DNA of 64,000 nt from the human T2T-CHM13v2.0 reference genome, Homo sapiens, in assembly GCF_009914755.1 (NCBI RefSeq), contig NC_060930.1; one strand, given 5' to 3'. The notes under the pieces are model-generated. The model worked only from the letters and a program-made list of their open reading frames with translations. It had not been told where the DNA came from and did no database searches. Of this stretch, positions 24,941 through 34,953 are shown one piece after another; within the stretch, counting starts at the first letter, position 1, and every line of letters starts with the position of its first letter. Both the position numbers and the translations under genes were made by a program.

Positions 24941-25137
24941 TGCATCCCTTACTTTCTTCCTTCTCCCTGACAAGCATCGGCCACACCAGATGTTTTTCTG
25001 ATTGCACCAAAGCCTTCCGTATCTCATGCTTTGCTCCTTCTGCTTTCTTTGCATGAGATGCCTTTGTCTTATCTAGACCATTTTTCTGCCTGATGAACAC
25101 TGATAATATTTCAAGATGTAATTTAGAAATCACCCTT

Positions 25138-25426
25138 GGCCTGGTGCAGTGGCTCACGCCTGTAATCCCACCACTTTGGGAGGCTGAGGTGGGCTGATCA
25201 CGAGGTCAGGAGTTCAAGACCAGCCTGGCCAATATAGAGAAACCCCATCTCTACTAAAAATACAAAAATTAGCCGGGTGTGGTGGTGCACGTCTGTAGTC
25301 CCAGCTACTCAGGAGGCTGAGGCAGAAGAATTGCTTGAACCCGGGAGGCCAAGGTTGCACTGAGCCGAGATCATGCCACTGCACTCCAGCCAGGGTGACA
25401 GAGCGAGACTCCGTCTCAAAAAAAAA
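25138..25426 (+). mobile_element. AluS (Sg-like)
   Basis: Full Alu; TSD AGAA(AT/GC)CACCCTT. Confidence 0.95.
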
Positions 25427-27213
25427 GAAGCCACCCTTTCTGTATTGTCTTTCTTGACCTCTTGGTGTCTGTGGAGATGTTCCATAGTTGCACCTGTGAC
25501 AAGTGTTGTACTCATGTGGGTGCATCTGTCCTCAGTCCTAAATTGAAAACCAGAGCCTATGTTTCATTACTGCTCAATGAAGATTTGTTGGATGAATGAC
25601 TTGCAGGATCTTCTCTGACCCTCTTGAGTTTTGATTGGTTGGATACATTGTTAGATAATGAGGCAACAGAAATGTTGCAGTTCCTGAGTTACCAAAGCAA
25701 TTTTGTGAAGATAACTATACTGAGCAGGATAAGCTTAAGATACGTAAAGTGCAACCAAAGACACTGTGAAAGGTAACATGATAGGTTGTGCATAGAAGTG
25801 GACACAAATTGAACCAGGACACTTTTACTTTAAGCTAAACTATTATTTTCTTAGATTTATTTACAAGAAAATGATTAGAGTAAAAGTTTTGCTTTTTAAA
25901 ATCACTTGAAAAATTTCCCAGAGTCTCTTTTATTTCTTTTTTCCTCACAAACAAAAGGAGCTAGCTTTTTCCTAAAGAAGTTTTATCCTGATGATTTACT
26001 AAGTGAGATATTAGATAATTACTTTTACTTTATAGATTTTTACCTGGCACCTCAGGACTTGGAAATAAAGCTTTCTTTGAGGGGAAAATGTTTTGAAACA
26101 TAAAACTTCCAAGACAAAGCTGTACCCATTTTCTAGCACAATTTATAGCAACTTCTAGAATCTCATATACAAGATGGGAGTTGAAAGAATTTTATAAAAT
26201 TCTCATTTAGCAATATTAGAAAAATATTTAATGCATTACCATTCATCCTTTCTTTCATAGATGTTAGACAAAAAAAATAGATCTAGATGTATTCTGACAA
26301 TAGTTCCTTTCCTTCGACACTATGCTCCATGAATTGTTCTGTGGTTCCCTATTTTTTGAAATGTAGGTAAGACCTATCTTGTATACACCATAAATTATAG
26401 TTCATTATAAACTATAGCTTATAGCAAACTTTAAGCAAGAATGATGAACTACTGCAATTTGGAGGAGAGAAATCCTCTGCCTGTTGGTAGGACTACATCA
26501 AGGTAGGTAGTTATCTATGTTTCTTTGGAAGAGTCTCAAATCATGTCATTAAAAATGGCAGTACTATACATATACCTGATGGCTTTGTCCCTTGGTTAGG
26601 CTCTTCATTCATTAGTAAATTCATCAATTTATTTCCTCCATCATTCAACCTATGTTTCCTATGAGCTTGCTGTGTGCAGGATACTTTGCTACATTAACTA
26701 TGCAGTGCCTTATTGTATGCAGTTATTTGCCCCATTTATTTTCATGATAAGATTTCAAAAGAAAACTCTTAATACATCCGGTGAGGGCCTTTCCACTTGA
26801 AAAAAAATGCCAAACATTTAACCTGACTGAAAATGTATCACCAAAGTGCTTGGCTTCTGGCATAAAGCAGGGACTATGTATAAACACATCATAAAAATAG
26901 ATAAAACAAGAGCAGAGAGCCCAGAAGGGTAAAGTTGTCCTTTAGATACAGTCATGGTGACAACCCAAGCAGTGCCAGAGGATAAAGCAAGCTGCACCAG
27001 ACTTCAAGTCAACAGACATTTATTGAACTCCAGTTCTGCATGGGGCACTGTGATAGTTGCTTTTGGGGATACAAAGATGAGTGAGACATCATTCTGCCCT
27101 CAAGAAATTTACAAGGGGAGAGAGAGATACACAGAACTGCCATACAAGGCAGGATGCATTAAGTGCACAAAGAGAGATATAACTAAAGTGCTTAGGGACA
27201 TGCAGGAGAAAGT

Positions 27214-27539
27214 GGTTAATTTTTACCATAAATATCAGGGAAGACTTCATGCAAAAGATAGGCTTTGAGTTTTTCATGTAAGTTTAGATCAGATTCTGAG
27301 AGATAGAGGTATGGGAAAGAGTGAAGTAAACAGCACATAAGAACAGTCATGAAGAAGGCAATTTCAGTGTGCAGCATTTAGAACTTGGGTCAGAAAAGCA
27401 GGTCCACTACAAGTGGGAGCTGGTTGCTATACACTGAATGTTTGCAGTCCACAAAATCAATATGTTGAAACCCTAATCTCCAGTGTGATGGTATTTGGAG
27501 GTGGGGCCTTTGGGAGGTAACTGGGCTTGGATGAGGTCA
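27214..27539 (+). promoter_or_regulatory. Putative HULC proximal promoter with HNF1-, FOXA-, ONECUT- and CRE-like motifs
   Basis: GGTTAATTTTTACC at 27214-27227; AAGTAAACA at 27324-27332; TGTTTGC at 27439-27445; AAAATCAATA at 27453-27462; TGAGGTCA at 27532-27539. Motif matches only, no binding data. Confidence 0.5.
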
Positions 27540-27784
27540 TGGGGGTGGAACTCATGATGGAATTGGAGCCTTTACAAGGGAATGAAGAGACAAGAGCTCT
27601 CTTTATGCCACGTGAGGATACAGCAAGGCCCCAATCTGCAAGCCAGGAAGAGTCGTCACGAGAACCAGACCATGCAGGAACTCTGATCGTGGACATTTCA
27701 ACCTCCAGAACTGTGATCCAGTAAGTGTTGTTTAAGCCACCCAGTCTTTGTTATTTTTTATAGCAGCGTAAGCGGACTGAGACA
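27425..27784 (+). mobile_element. MLT1A LTR hosting HULC promoter and exon 1
   Basis: TGCTAT...GAATGTTTG...ATATGTTGAAACCCTAAT...GTGATGGTATTTGGAGGTGGGGCCTTTGGGAGG...GACTGAGACA, colinear with the sister LTRs at 34598 and ~48935. Confidence 0.9.
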
Positions 27785-27849
27785 CGTGAAGGTGGACTGA
27801 GACACATGAAGCAGTCAGTGTGGGGCTGTTCCTTCACTATCTGGTGCTG

Positions 27850-28370
27850 AAGCTTTAAGTCCACGGGGCAGGAAGTTGGGAGAAAAGAGGGCGTGAAATA
27901 GAGAGGGGTTCGAACAATCTGGAACTCTTGAGGCTGAGCTGGTTCCCACAAGGACCAACTGGGACCCATTAGCCCCTCTTACCACCTGTTAGCCTCCATC
28001 TTTGATTATGGAATCGATTTGCTGGAGAAGCTGGAGCTTTTCCTCATGGAGCTAAATCTGCTGCTGCCATGGGTGTGATAAGCTGAAGGAGGGGAGTGGG
28101 AAGGAGCTGAGGAGCTGCACTAGGCTGCTACCCCAGCCAACCAGTTGAACTGGCACTGGGACAACCATGTATGCTGTCTGAAGCACAGCCTGACGCCCCT
28201 GTGGACCTTTATAGAATGCAAAGAGTATGGCTGCTACTTCACTTTTACCTTTCAAATCTTGTGCAAATTCACTTATGCTCCACCCCCAACCCAGAACTCT
28301 GCGGATAAAGGAATTCTGGGAAATGTAGTTCCAGTTTGTCTGAATTGACCTATTGCAAATCCACAACACA
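27850..28370 (-). mobile_element. Ancient ERVL-type LTR remnant (LTR33/LTR16-like) in HULC intron
   Basis: The reverse-strand motif GGAACTACATTTCCCAGAATTCC is typical of these LTRs. Boundaries and family are uncertain. Confidence 0.4.
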
Positions 28371-29153
28371 GCACCAGAATATTACCTAGGATTATATTCG
28401 ACCTGTTTCAGTGCTACAGAATATTTTATCTTCTCAGAAACCATGTAGTCTCCTTAGAACATCACAGTGAGTGCAACCTCCCACAGAGCTAACCTGTGTA
28501 ATTGAAACCATTTAGGGAACAATGTATTCACTTGCTAAAGATCAACCAACTTGTTCATTTTTCAATTGTTTAGGGCCTTGCTGGAATTTAACACAAGGCA
28601 GAGAATAAGATTTGAGTAAAAGAGAGAGTTATATAAAATTGATGCTTTTCTCTCTTTTTTTTAATCATTGAAAAGTGAATGGAGAGACCCTTTTTCATTT
28701 TTGCTGGACAGCTTACAAATTCTAGATACATCAGAGCTCTTACATACAGATGTAGAACAATATGGTCTTGGGAAGCTGAAAATGCTAACTGAAACAAGCA
28801 GGACAGGGGATGAGTCAAGTGATTAATTTTTTATGATGATAGATGTCTTACAACTCTTTCTTTCCTCTTCCTAGAAATGCATATGTATCTTTGGAAGAAA
28901 CTCTGAAGTAAAGGCCGGAATATTCTTTGTTTAAAACATTAAAAACAAAACAGACCAAAGCATCAAGCAAGAAGTTTCCTGGCAATAAACTAAGCACAGC
29001 ATTATTTTTTAAGGAACACAAATTAAGTGTTCAACCTGTGGCAAATTTGTACTTTCTCCCTGAATTATGTTGTTATCAAAGAAAAAAATTGGGAAGCATG
29101 GCAAAATATCATCAAAACTGAAACTAGAATTAAACAAAACTAAATTAAAATGA

Positions 29154-29159
29154 AATAAA
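29154..29159 (+). terminator. HULC polyadenylation signal
   Basis: AATAAA ~17 nt before the recalled 3' end; ATTAAA variants at 29129 and 29144. Confidence 0.85.
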
Positions 29160-31349
29160 ATGATGTCCATTCTTAATTCATCCTCACAACTGGGCCACTA
29201 GTTTTATGCATCTTGGCAGCCAATATTTTTGTCTCTAGGGCATAAATTATGCATCAGGTACCTCTGAAACTCAGAGACCAAGGAAAAAGGAGGTAATTTG
29301 GAAGGTGAAATAAATGTAAACATTCTGAAGAAAGAATCAAATCTGTACTTCAGGGTCAAAGATGAAATTCAAAAGGGGTTGACAATGCATAGAAAAAAGT
29401 GCTGAATTTAAAGTTGGTTTTATTATTATCATTGTTATTTGAACCAATAATTAAATCCAGTAAGTCTAGAGCAATGATCATAATTCTGTACTGTTGTTTT
29501 TCTATTTTAGAATCCAGTGTACTGTTTCCAAGAGCTTGGCAAAAAAAAAAAAAAAAAAAAAAAAGAAAAAGGAGCTTGACTCTAAATCTCTAAATCTTGG
29601 AGTCTGGATGCACTGTTCATGTGATAGGCTAAAATAACTACTAATACCTTATGTTCAAACAGCACTTTATGAAGTGATTACACATAAAAGATCTTTTTTG
29701 ATATAACTGTTATACGGCATATCTTCCATTTTATAGACAGGGTGAGTTGTTTGATGCGTAAGATGAGCTGAAATAGGAAAAGTGACAGAAAATTTACAGA
29801 CCTATGGAATAATATTCCACAATGGGGTATTCTTTATAATTATCTGGGCTGAATAGCACCATCCAAAGTTCTTAAATCATCAACAATGCCATTTTTACTG
29901 TAGAGGAGAAGAGTTATGATCCTTTGACTCTTTAAATTTTCTTCCTTGACAAAAGTGATCTACCTTTCTAGCCAACCTGTCTCAATGATCCATAATGTTG
30001 CTACCCTGGTGCCAGATGGATATGATAGAAGGCTCCTAAAAGGCTCTTGGTTTGAGGAAAGTGTTGCTTACATACAACAGGAATCTTGTGGGATTTAAGA
30101 AGTGGGGAGATGTAAGTTTGAGTCATTAATAATTTAACTAAATTTACTTTTACAATGTTAGCATTGCTATTTTGGTTTATGTAACTTATGACTAATATTT
30201 TTAAAGATACTGAACATTATATTAATTTCTTTACAGCATGGCTTACCTTTAAATATTGCACCATGTCCATAGGTGCAATCTGTCCTAATCTATTTCTATT
30301 GAGGACCCAAAATAGGCACTAAGATGTACAGCTGTGCCAAAGAGCGATTTATCCCTCTTCTTGATCTAATGCACCGTAAAATCTAGTAATTTCTTACTGT
30401 TCCAATGATTACTTCTTGCTTATAGCTGGTACTCAGTCAAAACAGCCTGTTACCAGATTAGCTACATTATTTAGACCAAATTCCTCTTAACTGCCTACTA
30501 GATTTCTCATCTTGGATGCCCCATGGGTTCATCAAAATTAGGATGTCCAGAACGAAAGCCATTACCTTCCCCTCAAAGATGTCCTTTCTTTCTAAAATGA
30601 TTCTGTCTATGTGTGAATGGCATCATGATCCCCTGAATCTTGCAAACTATTCACTTTGAAGTCATCCTTAACTCCATACCTTATTTGTTAGCCACCTCAT
30701 CCTGTTAAATCACAAACGTGTTTCCAACCCGACTTCTCCAATTTATTCCTACTGATTGTGCTATTCCAAGTTCTCTATGTATTGCCTGGATTTTCTCAGC
30801 ATTTTGTAACTAGTTTCTTTGTCAATAATCTCTCATTATTCTGGCCCCCAGCCTGCCAATGACCTTGCTTTAATTTTAGTGGGATGGTTTCGAGGGAATG
30901 TATGTTGGTGAAAACAATTATCTGCTTCCCTATTTAAGCTAGAATGCCTTACAAACTGCTTAGCAGAGGAATGCAGCTCTTCACAAATTTGCCCCATATG
31001 GATCCTGCCCATGAGGCAGGTTCAATAAAGTCGACCAGTGATTGTTGGAGTGATGTGCACAAAGGCGGAAAGGGAATTGAGGCATTGGCAAAGCTAGGAA
31101 GGCTGATGATACTTATTAATAGTGTGAGGCAATGTATCTAAACAGAGGTTGAAATATAGGAGAACCTGGGTTTGCTTAATGGGGCTATTAGCTGGGCAGT
31201 GAGCCTGGTGTGTACAGAATGAAAAAAGAGGTGATTGTGAGTGGGGTTGTACGTAACAGGACTCTTGTGTGGCATTCATGTGCTGTCTTTCCAGTTACTC
31301 TGACACGTGCATCCTTTGATTTAGCTGTGTAATTTCTTTCATTATTATT

Positions 31350-31900
31350 CTTTTAAACTGACAAATAAAAATGTATATAATTAGTGTATACAACATGATG
31401 TTTTCACATATGTATGCATTGTGGAATGGCTAAATGAAGCTGATTAATATTTGCATTCCCTCACATATGTATCTGTGTGTGTGTGTACACTTAAAATCTA
31501 CTCCCAGCAATTGGAAGTAAACAATACATTGTTATTAACTCTACTTGCCATATTGCACAATAGAACTTTTGAACTTTTTCTTCCTGTCTAAATAAAACTT
31601 GTGTCCTTTGACCAACATCTCCCCAACTTCGTAACTCTCCTACTGCTGATAACCACTATCTTACTTTCTGCTTTTATGAGTCTGATTCCTCTAGGTACCT
31701 CACATTAGTGAAACCATGCAGTATTTGCCTTTCTGTGACCAACTTATTTCACTTAGCATAATATCCTCAAAGTGTATCCATGTTGTTGCAAATGATAGAT
31801 TTCCTTCATGTTTTTAAGGCTGAATATTATTACATGTGTACCATATTTTCTTCATTCATTCATCAGTGGCCACCTAGGTTGCTTCCATATTTTTAGCCAT
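31350..31900 (-). mobile_element. L1MA-type 3' fragment
   Basis: TTTTAAACTGACAAATAAAAATGTATA...TACAACATGATGTTTT...CTTATTTCACTTAGCATAAT...CATGTTGTTGCAAATGA. Confidence 0.85.
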
Positions 31901-32563
31901 ACAATTTCTTAATGTTACTTGAGCACACCTAAGACTGTATTTCCATCATTTGACATTTTGAAATTAAGACATTTTGAGAATATTCAGGGCATAAAAGTTG
32001 AATACTGTTATAAATTTCCTATTGATTATAAACTAGATCAATGTAAAATTGCCCTCTACTCAATTTCATATTTGTCTTAACAAAACAATGATTAATTAGC
32101 TGATTTATTCACTCAACAAGTATTTCTTTAAGTTTGATTACATTCCAAATGCTTTTAGGAGCCTATGAACAAAATTCACTGTCCCCATTTTGTAGAGCTT
32201 ACAGAGAATGTAGTCATTATTACAAATAATACTGACATCAATATTTGTACTCTGGGTTTTTCTTTGAGGGGGGGAACTGCATTCTAGAGCCTTGTGTATG
32301 ATATTTTCTTGTGATACATTATTTTTGCGATATTTTGTGTAAGAAATAACAGATTATTATTTTCAATTGTTTCTGAGAGTCTTTGCCTGTATTATAAAGG
32401 GGAAATTTAGACCCTTTACTTTTATTCTTCTGTTATTCTTTTGTCATCCTGATTTATACTTTTTAAAATATGTAATACTCTTGCCTTTTATTTATTTTTT
32501 TTTACAGGTGGAAGTGTAGCCACTCTCTTTTTCATTCTACCAGTTGCTATTTCAATCTTTTTC

Positions 32564-32601
32564 AAGAGAAGGCTAAAATTTTAAGAGAAGGCTAAAATTT
32601 T
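32564..32601. repeat. 19-bp perfect tandem duplication
   Basis: AAGAGAAGGCTAAAATTTT x2. Confidence 0.92.
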
Positions 32602-34597
32602 ATGTAACTATCAAGGAGAGGAACAAAATTATGGCTTTTAATGCTCCCTTTGGGAAGGTCAAGAATTTGGAGCTTTTATATTTCTCTTTCTTCTTAATTT
32701 AGGTCTTGATCAATATAACTGGAGCCTGTGGGGTATGTGTGTATAAAATAAAGTTTAAATGTACTGGTTTAAAAGGCTGAAAAGTGTGTTTAGTCTAGGT
32801 CCAGGTAGCAGAGCTCATTAGTAGTAAAAACTGGACCAGGGACTATTTCTGATACCAGATCCAGTCTTTTTTCTGTTGCTTCCAGCTACCTTTCATCTTA
32901 GTCATAAGTTTGTGATTAAATAGCAAATGTGTTAGAGATTTCACTTTAAAACTAGTTCATCTCAGTGTGGAGCAACTCATGTGAAACTCTGACATTTCTT
33001 CAATGAATAAACCAGTCTGATAAATTTAGCATCTTCTAACATTAGTCAGCAAAAATGTTTTTGACTTACTGAAAGGACACACATTTTCCACAAAAAGCCC
33101 ACAATGATCATGCATCCTAAGCATTCCACACTATTTAAGCAATCTGTCTGTCTATTTCAACAAACACATGTAAGTTGCCATCTCAGTGACAACTTTTCTC
33201 CATGAAACACAATTCTTCTTTAGCCTTGATTTGATGCATTGGGTGCATTTAGTTTTCTGCACTACATTTCATTTCCCTTCTATGGAGTAATAATACAGTG
33301 CGTTAACATTAAACCTCAAAAACATTCATGAAAAGGCATTTTATCCTACATTAGCAGCATCTTTAGATAGCCATAAAGCTCTTACTCTTCCCCTGCAAGA
33401 TAAATAAGCAAACCCTTCAAATGGCTGAGGCATAGCAGTGCTCCTGAAGTAAGTGGATGCATATAATGATCTGGTTCTCATTTTCTAAATATAGACAAGG
33501 CATGTTACGTGATAGAGTCCCTTCCTAAAAAAAAAAAAACCAGAAAAATCTTAAACATTCATTTATCGCATGAAAAGTCCTAGCTCTTTTAAAACATTAT
33601 CATTGGCTTCCAGCCAGTGATCACTGTAGTAATTTGAGGAGATACGTGTGTTCAAGATGATTTTTCTGTTTCTGCAGGGATGCCGGGATTATTAAGTATT
33701 CTACATCATGAGAGTAATTACTGATGTTCCTCAGTAGAAGGCAACCCAATGAATAGAATTTTGTGAAACAACTTGTTTGGTATATAATGGATTCAATTAC
33801 ACTTTTTAAATTGTTTGGAAATACACCTGTGACACTGTAAATTAACAACGATGAAGTGAGCCAGCTCTAGGTTGGGGAACTCCCATAACAAAGCACAGGC
33901 CAGCTGTCAGGAAGGGAGTCCTGGTCGTGGATGAATCAGTACAACATCGGGGAATCCACGTCCAAGGAGCAGAAATCAGAAGGGAGAGTGGAGTCCTTAA
34001 AGAGCTACCAGCAGAGAAATGAAAGCTGGAAGACCTGTTTTTAGAAAGAAAAGCTTTAATGAGCTAAAAGAAAGTAAATCCCATGAGCCCTAGGAGTTTT
34101 GTAAATAAAGAGACCAGCCTTCCCCTGGGTGTTAGGCTGTAAGCGAGCTTCCCGTTTAGAGATGCTGCTGCAATCACGTTTCATGTGCAAAGTTAGCTCG
34201 TCTGGATTCCTTGTACTCCCAATTTTTCAAAGGAGTGACCAGACACCACCTGAAAATGTTGTTCACATTGCTTGGGATGTGATCCATTTGAGATTTATTT
34301 GGAGTTTCAAGCAAATGCGCCACAGAAGATAAAGGGTAATCAGTCACTTACCTCCATGGGAATGAAGTAGGCACTTTCCTCATACTACCTAACTAAACAG
34401 CAGGGAAGGAAAGCAAGTTTTCTAGAGGAATAGATAGGGCAGACTGAGGCAGCGGAAAACAGCATAGCCCTTCCTCTAAGGTGGCACCTGGGGGAACTAC
34501 AGGAAGAATGGTCAGGTAAGGGAAGTGAGAGGGCCGATGTTAACAGCTTGCATGTAACCCTGAACCCTGCCAGCCTACAAAGTCTCCCTACTCCATC

Positions 34598-34953
34598 TTC
34601 TATGGATAGAATGCTTGCGTTCCCACATCCCCCCTAAATTCTTATGTTGAAGACTAAATTTCCAACGTGATGGTATTTGGAGGCCGGGCCTTAGATTTTG
34701 AGAGTGGAGGCCTCATGAATGGGATTAGTGTCCTTTAAAAAGACACGAAAGATGGTCTCCCTTTCTCTGCCATGTGAGGGCACAGTAAGAAGACAGCTAG
34801 CCATGAACCCAGGAAGGGTTACCAGAACTCCTCAATCATGCTGGCACCCTGAACTCAGACCTCCCAGCCTCCAGTACTGTGGGAAATAAATTTCCGTGTT
34901 GAAGCCACCCAGTCTGTGGTGTTCTGTTACAGCATTCTGGACTGACTGAGACA
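34598..34953 (+). mobile_element. MLT1A-type solo LTR
   Basis: Colinear with the HULC LTR; retains AATAAA at 34885-34890; 5-bp TSD CCATC on both sides. Confidence 0.88.

Larger units (their letters stand above)
27539..29176 (+). ncRNA. HULC: HULC lncRNA (highly up-regulated in liver cancer): exon 1 27539-27720, intron 27721-28874, exon 2 28875-~29176
   Basis: Recognised transcript sequence ATGGGGGTGGAACTCATGATGG...CTGTGATCCA joined to AAATGCATATGTATCTTTGG...ACAGACCAAAGCATCAAGCAAG. The sequence itself shows a GTAAGT donor at 27721, a pyrimidine tract plus TAG acceptor ending at 28874, and AATAAA at 29154-29159. Spliced length is ~484 nt. Transcript ends are from memory of the reference transcript. 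Confidence 0.95.

Noticed and set aside
29353-29365. DR1/HNF4-like GGGTCAAAGATGA downstream of HULC
   Set aside because: Two mismatches in the second half-site and isolated; too weak without binding data.
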